DNA of 63,235 bases, the filler included, from Octopus bimaculoides (taxonomy: Eukaryota): the NCBI RefSeq assembly GCF_001194135.2. It is 10 parts of 9 records of this genome, joined end to end, with 100 filler letters (N's around TTAATTAATTAA, not from the genome) between each part and the next. Parts side by side here need not be neighbours in the genome. Positions count along the whole stretch, not along the records: positions 48,760 to 50,681 come from NW_026340376.1; positions 50,782 to 52,305 come from NC_069010.1; positions 52,406 to 60,364 come from NC_068985.1; positions 60,465 to 63,235 come from NW_026373151.1; 6 more parts are not named here. One strand, 5' to 3'. Each line of letters opens with the position of its first letter. Position 1 is the first letter of the stretch. A model generated the notes under the pieces. It worked only from the letters and a program-made list of their open reading frames with translations. It did no database searches and had not been told where the DNA came from. Of this stretch, positions 48,916 through 60,465 are shown one piece after another. The position numbers and the translations under genes were made by a program.

Positions 48916-50094
48916 GCCTCAGTCACATTTGTAACACCTCTGATCAGAGTCTGTCCTGGGGCAAAAAACAACAACAGTAAACCGCCCCCTCACCTCTACA
49001 AGGCTTAGTAATCCCCTAACAACAGCCTCTAAGTAGGGGTTACTCACCTGGATTAGTAATTCTCATGTGATGCTGTTGCAGGGACGAATCTGTGGTGGGG
49101 GGGGGGGTTAAAGAATTTGGCTGAGGCAGTGGCGGCGGCGGCGGTGGTGGTGGTGGTGGTGGTGATGGCAGTAGTGTAGGTGGTAATAATGATGGTGATN
49201 NNNNNNNNNNNNNNNNNNNNNNNNNNNNNNNNNNNNNNNNNNNNNNNNNNNNNNNNNNNNNNNNNNNNNNNNNNNNNNNNNNNNNNNNNNNNNNNNNNNN
49301 NNNNNNNNNNNNNNNNNNNNNNNNNNNNNNNNNNNNNNNNNNNNNNNNNNNNNNNNNNNNNNNNNNNNNNNNNNNNNNNNNNNNNNNNNNNNNNNNNNNN
49401 NNNNNNNNNNNNNNNNNNNNNNNNNNNNNNNNNNNNNNNNNNNNNNNNNNNNNNNNNNNNNNNNNNNNNNNNNNNNNNNNNNNNNNNNNNNNNNNNNNNN
49501 NNNNNNNNNNNNNNNNNNNNNNNNNNNNNNNNNNNNNNNNNNNNNNNNNNNNNNNNNNNNNNNNNNNNNNNNNNNNNNNNNNNNNNNNNNNNNNNNNNNN
49601 NNNNNNNNNNNNNNNNNNNNNNNNNNNNNNNNNNNNNNNNNNNNNNNNNNNNNNNNNNNNNNNNNNNNNNNNNNNNNNNNNNNNNNNNNNNNNNNNNNNN
49701 NNNNNNNNNNNNNNNNNNNNNNNNNNNNNNNNNNNNNNNNNNNNNNNNNNNNNNNNNNNNNNNNNNNNNNNNNNNNNNNNNNNNNNNNNNNNNNNNNNNN
49801 NNNNNNNNNNNNNNNNNNNNNNNNNNNNNNNNNNNNNNNNNNNNNNNNNNNNNNNNNNNNNNNNNNNNNNNNNNNNNNNNNNNNNNNNNNNNNNNNNNNN
49901 NNNNNNNNNNNNNNNNNNNNNNNNNNNNNNNNNNNNNNNNNNNNNNNNNNNNNNNNNNNNNNNNNNNNNNNNNNNNNNNNNNNNNNNNNNNNNNNNNNNN
50001 NNNNNNNNNNNNNNNNNNNNNNNNNNNNNNNNNNNNNNNNNNNNNNNNNNNNNNNNNNNNNNNNNNNNNNNNNNNNNNNNNNNNNNNNNNNNNG

Positions 50095-50122
50095 GGGTGG
50101 GGGGACAAACACAGACAAACAA

Positions 50123-50159
<37 letters not shown>

Positions 50160-50333
50160 CATATATACGACAGGCTTCTTTCAGTTTCCATCTACCAAAT
50201 CCACTCACAAGGCTTTGGTTGGCCTGAGGCTGTAGTAGAAGACACTTGCCCAAGGTGCCACGCAGTGGGAATGAACCCAGAACCATGTGGTTGGTAAGCA
50301 AGCTACTTACCACACAGCCACTCCTGCACCTAT
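50095..50333 (-). mobile_element. Well-preserved SINE family B (3' part in gap)
   Basis: The head matches the other B copies up to cacacagccactcctgcacct; internal (TA)/(CA) tract present. Confidence 0.88.
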
Positions 50334-50781
50334 ACAGAATTTTTTTTTTTTTTTGAGGTTTTGTTTTTTTTCCGTTAGTCCCAATTAAAGGTATGCTAAC
50401 CAGTGTATACAGGTATTTTGAAAATTTAGGTATGTGGGTATTTTGAAAATACCTCACAGAATGATGACCGAGCTTTGCAGAGTTACAGGCTGCCCTTTGG
50501 CAAGGCACAGCATCCACTGAGCCACCCTTCCAGGGATACATTGAAGCCATGAGGCTGCAGCATGGCAGAGTGTAAAGAGGTAGAGGAAGAGCCCTAGTGA
50601 GCCGAAAATGCTTCCTACAGTAATGCTGAGCAGAGGAAGATCACTGTTCAGGATCACCGAGTTCTATCTAGAGCAGGGGTTNNNNNNNNNNNNNNNNNNN
50701 NNNNNNNNNNNNNNNNNNNNNNNNNTTAATTAATTAANNNNNNNNNNNNNNNNNNNNNNNNNNNNNNNNNNNNNNNNNNNN

Positions 50782-51043
50782 CTTGTGCGGGTGGCACATA
50801 AAATACACTATTTTGAGCGTGGCCGTCGCCAGTACCGCCTGACTGGCCTTCATGCGGGTGACACGTAAAAGCACCCACTACACTCTCGGAGTGGTTGGCG
50901 TTAGGAAGTGCATCCAGCTGTAGAAACTCTGTCAAATCAGATTGGCGGCTGGTGTTGCCATCCGGTTTCACCAGTCCTCAGTCAAATCGTCCAACCCATG
51001 CTAGCATGGAAAGCGGACGTTAAATGACGATGATGATGATGAT
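50782..51043 (+). mobile_element. RTE 3' UTR with (GAT)n tail
   Basis: gtgcgggtggcac...aaagcacccactacactctcggagtggttggcgttaggaag...catgctagcatggaaagcggacgttaaatgacgatgatgat. Confidence 0.87.
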
Positions 51044-51074
51044 TCTTGTAATGGTTGAACGTGTTTAATCCTGT

Positions 51075-51440
51075 CACATGGTTCTGGGTTCAGTCCCACT
51101 GCATGGCACCTTGGGCAAGTGTCTTCTACTATAGCCTCAGTCCGACCAAAGCCTTGTGACACCAACACACCAACACCAGTTGTCAGGTGGTTGACAACAC
51201 CAGTTGTCAAGTGGTTGTCAAACTAACATGTTACATAGGGGGGTGAAACACAGACACAAAGACACACACACACATATACAATGGGCTTCTTTCAGTTTCC
51301 GTCTACCATATCCACTCATAAGGTTTTGGTCAGACAGGTACAATAGTAGAAGACACTTACCCAAAGTGTCACACAGTGGGACTGAACCTGGAACCATGTG
51401 GTTGGGAAGCAAGTGTCTTACCTCACAGCCACACCTATAT
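51075..51440. mobile_element. Two SINE family B pieces in opposite orientation
   Basis: + strand piece at 51075-51160 (catggttctgggttcagtcccactg...ccaaagccttgtg); - strand piece at about 51205-51440. Confidence 0.75.
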
Positions 51441-51609
51441 ACAAGGTGTCCCAAAAGTCACTGATTGTTTTCAATTTTTAATAACTTCTTTTCCTCCTCC
51501 TCTTCTGCTTCCTCCTCCGTCTTCTTGTCCTCTTCCTCCGCTTTCTTCTTGTCCTCCTCCTCTTTCTTAATCTCCTCCTCCTTCCTCTATCCCTCATTGT
51601 CTGTTCCTG

Positions 51610-52000
51610 GTCAGCGACCATCTCCAGCAACCTCCTTGCATCTGCGTTCCTGACGACATCTGCTGCAGGGGAAGTAACTCGGTTCAACAGAGAAGCATCG
51701 CTTGTCGTCTGCTCTTTTCCATTCTCTCTGTTGTTTCTCCTCTTTGGGTGGAATTACGAGCGTCAGCGACCGGTGCCATTCTTTTACAATGCAGGACTTC
51801 TCCTCCCAGATGTCTGGGGAGATGCCGATGTTCTTCATATCCCTGTATGTCAACCCTTGTCCACCACAGTTCCTTCTGCCCTGACGCAGTTCAGCATAGA
51901 AAACTGCCTTTGCGAAAATGCCACCCTCCGTCCTGCAAACATGCCCCACCCAGCACAGATGCAGTGAAGTAAGGAGGGCTACCCCCATTAACTGCACCGG
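51610..52000 (-). mobile_element. C-terminus of a second RTE-type LINE family
   Basis: LCWVGHVCRTEGGIFAKAVFYAELRQGRRNCGGQGLTYRD...GISPDIWEE matches the RWxGHVxRM...LPKxxLYGEL..GKR..GGQ..RYKD pattern. Confidence 0.75.
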
Positions 52001-52123
52001 CATGGCACAGGAATATGATCCTGCCATCAATATATACATACAATGTCTTCTACTATGACTCCGGGCCGACCAAAGCCTTCTGCCGTATGTGTGTGTGTGA
52101 GATAGAGAGAGATAGAGATAGAC

Positions 52124-52173
<50 letters not shown>

Positions 52174-52236
52174 ATAGACAGAGATAGGTAGGTAGGTAGG
52201 TAGATAGACAGATAGATAGATAGATAGATAGGTAGG

Positions 52237-52305
<69 letters not shown>

Positions 52306-52405
52306 NNNNNNNNNNNNNNNNNNNNNNNNNNNNNNNNNNNNNNNNNNNNTTAATTAATTAANNNNNNNNNNNNNNNNNNNNNNNNNNNNNNNNNNNNNNN
52401 NNNNN

Positions 52406-52790
52406 TGTAATTATTAGTGTCTAAAGCGTCACCTTTACCTTTGTAGCAGTTGACTATGGTGCTGCTACACCAGTCATTGGGTATGACTCCTTCGTGTATC
52501 ACCTGGTTCGTAATACGGGTGACTAGGCTGTAGCCAACACTGCCAGATATTTTGAGCATCTCTGCAGTGATTCCTGATGGGCCGGGGGCTTTCCCTGTCT
52601 TCATACTCTTAATTGCTTTATCTACCCTGGTACTATCAACTCGGATAGCTGGTCCCTCTGTTAGGTCAACATACGGCAGGCTCTCTTTCTCCCATTCATT
52701 CTCTTTATTAAGCAATCTATCGTAGTGGCATCTCCAGACCTCTTTCTTTGCAGCCTCATTTAGTGCAAGCCTTAGTTTTCATAAATACTT
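52406..52790 (-). mobile_element. RTE ORF2 internal fragment (same family as 55117 element)
   Basis: EWEKESLPYVDLTEGPAIRVDSTRVDKAIKSMKTGKAPGPSGITAEMLKISG...DWCSSTIVNCYKGKGDALD; truncated by a gap. Confidence 0.93.
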
Positions 52791-53999
52791 AACCAATGCT
52801 TGAAGCATGCCAGAGATGATGGAATGTGAGTGAGACATAACCCATCACCACACATTACAATGGTGTATTCAGGCAGGAAATATTCAGTCCAAGAGGTGAG
52901 GAACAGATGGAGTCAACAGATGGATGGTAACTTTGTCGAGAAGTCCTATATCTACAAATACTTAAAGGATTTCCTTAAGTCAAGAGTTGCAGAATTATTA
53001 GTCAAACATTTGAAAACACCGAGTGTCACATCTGAATAAAACCCCAACTTCATCTGGTTTTATAAAACTACACTAGCGTTCATTGAATAGAGGAAGATGC
53101 TGTAAAGGAGAGAGACGATGGTTATTTATGACCATTATTTCATAATTGAAACATTCAATTTGGAGTAACAGGTTGATATTCAACCATTGGAATACTGTCT
53201 GCATTAATATAGAGCAAAATTCTGTAAAGGGTAGAACCAACCCTGGGGCGGGCTGTGGAGAATTTTAAAATGACTGGGCACAAGCAAGCAATGGGGGGTA
53301 CATATATATAAAACACAATGTGTACATGAGTTTGACTGAAGCCATGTGTTAAAGGTTGGATCAGTAAGAAAAGCAAAGTGGTGATGCATCAAATATTCAC
53401 TTGTTGTGGGTGGTAAATAGCCATGTCAAGATTAAGACCCAGAACTAAGTTAATCTGGCCTGATATTAATTGAAACAACATTAAAAATGAGGGATTTTGA
53501 ATCATAACAATATTAGACAATACAACTCTGCAAATGACATCGTTTGGTGCATCTAAGAAGATAGATAAACATGAATGTACGACAACGTCAAAGTTCTAGG
53601 GCAAGTCTATCCCCTCATTGGTTCCGTTACCCACAAATGAACAACCACAGTTCCTCCAAATTTACTTTATGAGTGATATAGGACAACAAACCTGAAGGAG
53701 GTGTCAACATTTCAGATGATGGGTCGTGTTAGACACAGCGCCGACTGCTGCAAAAGAGAGTCTATCCACTGACAGCTTCTTGGTGCATTTCAAAAATCAC
53801 ATAAAACCCACTGGTTAGGGCCTGAAATACTCGAAACAGATGCATAGCATGTTGCTTAGTCGAATTAGCCCATCATTGACTCCACAAATGTTTTGTTGTC
53901 AATGCTGCATTTTCCTATATGACCTGTTTCAACAAAACTGTAATATATTATATACAAATTATGTCATTTTAATCCCGAGCAACGCTGGCTGTCTCTGCT

Positions 54000-54048
<49 letters not shown>

Positions 54049-54362
54049 TGCATATACAGAGAGAGAGAGAGAGAGTGAAAGGTGTTTCCCAATCATCTGG
54101 GTGGCCAGTAACTTTGAATAACAACTTAGTTCAACCTTGGAGTCTCTTATGCTGACATAGGAAGCAGAAGTAAAATAATGAAGTATATATGTAAGTGTGT
54201 ATGCACATGTGTGTGTGTGCGTGTTCATGTTCCTTGTCCGTCTTTCTCTTTCTTATCCCTCTTTTTTCACTCATGCATCTTTCTTTCTCTCTCTCTCTGT
54301 CTCCCCCCTCTCTCTTGCTCTCCTTTAATTTATTTCAAATGTCTTCACCTTCTTTACTTCAG

Positions 54363-54514
54363 GTTAACCAAATAGATGCAGACGGTAAAACTTGCTTGAT
54401 GGCAGCTTGTTATCAGTTCAATACACATTTAACAAATTTGTTGATAGATGCAGGAGCTGAATTGAACATGAGAGACAAAGATAGTAAAACAGCTTTGCAT
54501 CATGCTGTATTGGT
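54363..54514 (+). CDS. Internal coding exon of an ankyrin-repeat protein (exon A)
   Basis: Polypyrimidine acceptor tttacttcag, donor gtaagt at 54515. Peptide VNQIDADGKTCLMAACYQFNTHLTNLLIDAGAELNMRDKDSKTALHHAVL has two ankyrin-type G-x-T-x-L motifs. Phase 0 in, phase 2 out. Confidence 0.88.
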
Positions 54515-55116
54515 GTAAGTTCAGAATTAACTAAAATCTTATGATCTGTTTTTGTTGCTAAATTTCTTCTAATTCCAGACATGTTAAATTTCCAAAGATG
54601 CTTTAGTAGTGGCTGTGTGATAGGATGACAACATGATAATAGTAACCAGCAGCAACAACTTTTTCTTATTTTTATCCATGTATCCAATTTATTATTGGAG
54701 GGATTTGCTGTTAAACAAGATTATTTTTTGTTTTGGAGATAACCTTTGAGAGCCAAAAGTTCTTAAGATTGTCCCAGTGACATGCAGTGTTCTCTGTTAA
54801 TACTGATTATGGAGAGGTGAATCAATTTTTCTCCAAAGAAAATTGTATTTCAGCTCCAAAACGAGAAGATTCTGTAGCTTTTTATGGCAGCAATAATTTG
54901 TAAACTTTCTCCCAGAGATTATATCTCACTTCCATCTACAACATACTCAGCACATTCATAGAAGGATTCCAACATGGACTGTGCCTCATCATGTCATCTC
55001 TGGAAACTAGAACATTTTTTGAAGTTCTTGTTATTCTTATAGCTTCCTCAGTCATAAATTTCTGTTGTTTCACGCATACACATACTTTATTTCAAGCACA
55101 CACACACACACACATT

Positions 55117-57540
55117 ACAGCTTACTAAGTGCCACAGACCAAGTCTGCAGATGGTGCAAAGTCCCTTCCAGACCTAGAGTAATGTGGTGGTGGAATAATA
55201 CTGTAGACAAAGCCGTCAGAGCAAAGAAACAGGCCTAGAAAGCCTGGAAGAATGGGGGTAGCTGGGAACTGTACAAGGTAGCCAAAAGGGAGGCTGGGTG
55301 ACAGGTATACATAGCCAAGGGAGAAGCAGAAAAGAAGAAGAAGTTTGCCAATGTTCAGCAATGTGAGGACCAAAGAACTGAAGTACTTTGGATTGCAAGA
55401 CAGTGTCTGAGAGAAAATTGTAATGTCACAGGAGAGAAATGTGTCTGAATGGATGATGGTGCACTTGCTTTTAATGATTCTGAAAAGAAAGAGGCTTGGA
55501 GAAGCCATTATGAAAGACAGCTGAACATGGAGAATGAATGAGAGGAGGAGAGCCTGCCAAATGTTGACCCAGTAGAAGGACCAGCTATCCGAATAGACAG
55601 CAGCCTGGTAGATAAAGCAATGAAGGGTATGAAGCCAGGAAAGGCCCCCGGCCCATCAGGAATCACTACTCAGATGCTTAAAATATCTGGTGGGGTGGGT
55701 TATGGCCTAGTCACCTGTATTGTAAACCAGATAGTTCATGAGGGAGACATACCCAATGACTGGTGTGGCAGCACCATAGTCAACTGCTACAAAGGTAAAG
55801 GTGATGCTGTAGATAGAAACACCTACAGGGGTATCAAACTGCTGGATCAGGTGATGAAGGTCCCGGAGAGGGTCATAGCCCATCTCATTTGGAAGAGAGT
55901 CTGCTTAGATGAGTTGCAGTTTGGTTTTGTGCCAGGTAGAAGCACCACTGATGCTATATTCCTGGTTTGACAACTGCAGGAGAAATACCTAGCCAAAAAT
56001 AAACCCCTATAATTGACTTTTGTGGACATAGAGAAAGCCTTTGACAGGGTCCCCCAATCCCTTATCTGGTGAGCGATGTGGAAACTAGGGATTGACCAAT
56101 GGTTAATAAGGGCTGTACAGCCCCTATACAGAGATGCTGTTAGTAAGGTTAGGGTTGGCAATGGGTATAGTGAAGAATTCCAGGTAGAAGTAGGGATCCA
56201 CCAAGGATCAGCCCTCAGCCCCCTCTTATTCATCATAGTCCTCCAGGCAATAACAGAAGAATTCAAGACAGGTTACCCCTGGGAACTCCTCTATGCTGAT
56301 GATCTGGCCCTCATAGTAGAATCACTACCAGAACTAGAGAAGAAATTTCAGGTGTGGAAGCAAGGTTTAGAGTCGAAGGGCCTTAGAGTCAATGTTGCAA
56401 AGACCAAAGTTCTAGTAAGAAGGAAGGTGAACACATTTTACACCCCTTCAGGTAGGTGGCCCTGCTCAATCTGTAGAAAAGGTGTAGGTAAAAACTCCAT
56501 AAGATGTACCCAGTGTAAGCTATGGGCACATAAGAGGTGCAGCAACATCAGAGAAAGATTAACCGAGAAGATAGCTTTCATGTGAGGCAGATGCACAGGG
56601 GCAATAAACACCACAGATGCTTAGAAAATAGATTCCATCACACTTCAGGGGAAGAAACTAGAAGTAGTTGATAGCTTCCGCTACCTAGGTGACCAAGTTA
56701 GTAGTGNNNNNNNNNNNNNNNNNNNNNNNNNNNNNNNNNNNNNNNNNNNNNNNNNNNNNNNNNNNNNNNNNNNNNNNNNNNNNNNNNNNNNNNNNNNNNN
56801 NNNNNNNNNNNNNNNNNNNNNNNNNNNNNNNNNNNNNNNNNNNNNNNNNNNNNNNNNNNNNNNNNNNNNNNNNNNNNNNNNNGGGGGGGGGTGCTCGGAG
56901 AGTATTACCACTAGAATAAGAATAGCCTGGGAAAAGTTTAGAAAGCTTCTACCCCTACTGGTGACAAAGGGCCTCTTGCTCAGAGTGGAAGATAGATTGT
57001 ACGATGTATGTGTGCGAACTGCCATGCTTCATGGCAGTGAAACATGGGCCGTGACTGCGGAGGACATGCATAGGCTCGACAGAAATGAAGCTAGCATGAT
57101 CTGCTGGATGTGTAATGTCAGTGTACACACACGACAGAGTGTAAGCACCCTGAGAGAAATGTTAGACATAAGAAGCATCGGATGCGGCATGCAAGAGAGA
57201 CGTTTGTGTTGGTATGGTCATGTACTATGGATGGATGACGAGAGCTGTGGGAAGAAGTGCCACTCCCAAACAGTTGAAGGAATCTGGGATAGAAGTAGAC
57301 CCAAGAAGACATGGGATGCGGTGGTGAAGCATGACCTTTGAATGTTGGGCCTCACAGAGGCAATGACAAAAGACTGAGAGCTCTGGAGATATACTGTGAC
57401 TGTGAAGACCTGGCAAATAAAGCGAGCAGCCCACACAAAAGAGTACGTTTGGATTATAGGGTGACTCGCCGTGCTTGAGGAGACCTATTGAGTCAAGTAC
57501 ATCAACATTAAAATTGAATCAAACCACAATTAAATGAAAA
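55117..57540 (+). mobile_element. 5'-truncated RTE-clade LINE, ORF2 with several in-frame stops
   Basis: KAPGPSG, YRGIKLL, QFGFVPGRSTTDAIF, FVDIEKAFDRVP, GIHQGSALSPLLF, LLYADD, FRYLGD and WYGHVLWM, in order; no endonuclease domain retained. Confidence 0.96.
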
Positions 57541-59296
57541 TTGCAGTTGTGGATGACTTTTGTGAAAAGAGAAAACATAGAAGAGAAAGAGATATGTATA
57601 TATGTATGTATGTATATANNNNNNNNNNNNNNNNNNNNNNNNNNNNNNNNNNNNNNNNNNNNNNNNNNNNNNNNNNNNNNNNNNNNNNNNNNNNNNNNNN
57701 NNNNNNNNNNNNNNNNNNNNNNNNNNNNNNNNNNNNNNNNNNNNNNNNNNNNNNNNNNNNNNNNNNNNNNNNNNNNNNNNNNNNNNNNNNNNNNNNNNNN
57801 NNNNNNNNNNNNNNNNNNNNNNNNNNNNNNNNNNNNNNNNNNNNNNNNNNNNNNNNNNNNNNNNNNNNNNNNNNNNNNNNNNNNNNNNNNNNNNNNNNNN
57901 NNNNNNNNNNNNNNNNNNNNNNNNNNNNNNNNNNNNNNNNNNNNNNNNNNNNNNNNNNNNNNNNNNNNNNNNNNNNNNNNNNNNNNNNNNNNNNNNNNNN
58001 NNNNNNNNNNNNNNNNNNNNNNNNNNNNNNNNNNNNNNNNNNNNNNNNNNNNNNNNNNNNNNNNNNNNNNNNNNNNNNNNNNNNNNNNNNNNNNNNNNNN
58101 NNNNNNNNNNNNNNNNNNNNNNNNNNNNNNNNNNNNNNNNNNNNNNNNNNNNNNNNNNNNNNNNNNNNNNNNNNNNNNNNNNNNNNNNNNNNNNNNNNNN
58201 NNNNNNNNNNNNNNNNNNNNNNNNNNNNNNNNNNNNNNNNNNNNNNNNNNNNNNNNNNNNNNNNNNNNNNNNNNNNNNNNNNNNNNNNNNNNNNNNNNNN
58301 NNNNNNNNNNNNNNNNNNNNNNNNNNNNNNNNNNNNNNNNNNNNNNNNNNNNNNNNNNNNNNNNNNNNNNNNNNNNNNNNNNNNNNNNNNNNNNNNNNGT
58401 TGCTTTTTGGGTGAGGCTCCAAGACAATGGAGAGAGATAAATAGATAGATAGGTTAGAGTGAGGGGGAGGAGGGGGGGACCCCCTTTCAAACTTGACTGC
58501 CATTCATTTATTCATGTAGTCATTTACCATTCTATTGAAATGGAGTGTAGTCATCACTGAGACCATTTTTTTTTTTTTTCATTTTTACTTTTTTCTTCTT
58601 TTTCTTAAGGTGCCATAGAGAAGATAAAAGGTTTTATGAAAATTTAGATGTGTGTATGTGTGTGCCTATGAGTTCATGTGTTTGGAAATATGTCTATGTC
58701 TACACTGTAATTTCAATGTTTTGCATTGAAAAAATAGGTTTCTTTTAATGTCATGTTTTTGCATGTAAAAACATTAGTACAATATTTTCAAATTAGAAAA
58801 ATGTAATCCAATGTTATAGAGATGAGCATCATGCTACAAATATTGGAGCAGAAACAACAGTAACAGTGTATTTTTCCTCTTTCCCTATGGTGTCTTTCAA
58901 TTTCATGTCTTGCATGAACAAACTATTTTATAAGTTAGAAAAATATGGAAAGCCAGAACATCCCAATGCTATATATACATACATAAGGGATAAACAATCT
59001 TCTATGTACTATGCTGAATACATGGGGTGTTCATTTGGTATGTTGAATTTTTTTGTTTATTTTTATGTCTTGACCATTCTATACTGAAGAGCAGAATTTA
59101 CATATTGCTGTAATAACTGCAAAATTGTTGATATATAGTTTAGTCTGTTTTTAAGAGGCTAGCTTGAAGAGTTGCATTTCCTCGCGTTCAGTAAAAATGT
59201 GTTTATTATGGTAGTTTTGACCTTAGTTTCCCTCTGAGCGTGAGGCATTAATGTATAGTAATGCCCTTATATAAATATTCTCTGTCAACCTTCCTT

Positions 59297-59330
<34 letters not shown>

Positions 59331-59399
59331 TCGTCTTCATTTAACGTCCGCTTCCAATATTGCAGCTACATAGAGAATAAAAATTGCAAATACTCTGCT

Positions 59400-59800
59400 T
59401 TTTTTTTTTTTTTTCATCATTCAATTTTGTAGAGAATTTTTTGATGAAGTGTAGTTCCATTGCTTTCCTGTATTATGGGTCTTGCCGTGAACATTTGTAA
59501 GAAGAAAGATTTTAAATTTTTCGTCGCTGCATATTTCCAGATGCTTGCTTAACGGAATCTTGCGCAATTCCACTTGCCGGAATTACAATTTTTATTTGCA
59601 GTAATGTTTTCCTGGGGCTATGAACGTCAGTAGCATTGTCCTGTTTAGGACACCACACTTGGTTGGCAATTATATGTTACTATTTCATATTGCTATTGTT
59701 TATACCTCGCCCAGGGAGTTAATATAGCTTATTTCACCTTTTTCGAGATCAGCGACAATGTCGCTGGAAAAAGCGTATAGCATTTTACGAGTGGAATGAG
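59400..59800 (-). mobile_element. Decayed PLE GIY-YIG fragment (similar family to 13556-14120)
   Basis: Minus strand FRQVELRKIPLSKHLEICSDENLK parallels YRKIAFSEHID; several frameshifts upstream. Confidence 0.45.
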
Positions 59801-59831
59801 TTTTCATCACTAGCTAGTGATTAACACATGC

Positions 59832-59946
<115 letters not shown>

Positions 59947-60133
59947 ATACATACATATATATATACATACATATATATATACATACATATATACATACAT
60001 ACATACATACATACATACATACATACATACATACATTTTTGATGGCTTAATTTTTATGTGTTGGATAGATATAATTATATATTTAATGTAAATATAAGTC
60101 AATGTTTCTGATGTTTTTACCTTTTACTCTCAG

Positions 60134-60293
60134 GTGTAATCTTCCAGCTGTGATGATATTAATATCCCGGGGAAGCGATGTGAACGGGAAGGACAGAGAT
60201 GACTTAACTCCACTCCATTTGGCTGCATTGAAGGGGAAGGAATGGAAGGAAGTGGTGGCTGCGTTATTACAAGCAAAGGGACAGAGTGTTAAT
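60134..60293 (+). CDS. Internal coding exon of the same ankyrin-repeat protein (exon B)
   Basis: Acceptor ttttactctcag, donor gttagt at 60294. Peptide CNLPAVMILISRGSDVNGKDRDDLTPLHLAALKGKEWKEVVAALLQAKGQSVN contains TPLHLAA. The split codon GT|G (Val) joins exon A in frame. Confidence 0.9.
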
Positions 60294-60465
60294 GTTAGTG
60301 ACTATATATATGTGTGTGTGTATGGACATGTGTGTGTGTGTGCATATATATATATATATATATANNNNNNNNNNNNNNNNNNNNNNNNNNNNNNNNNNNN
60401 NNNNNNNNTTAATTAATTAANNNNNNNNNNNNNNNNNNNNNNNNNNNNNNNNNNNNNNNNNNNNA

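Noticed and set aside
52830-53039. 69-aa ORF as an upstream ankyrin exon
   Set aside because: No ankyrin motif and no suitable donor; only a faint RT-like resemblance.
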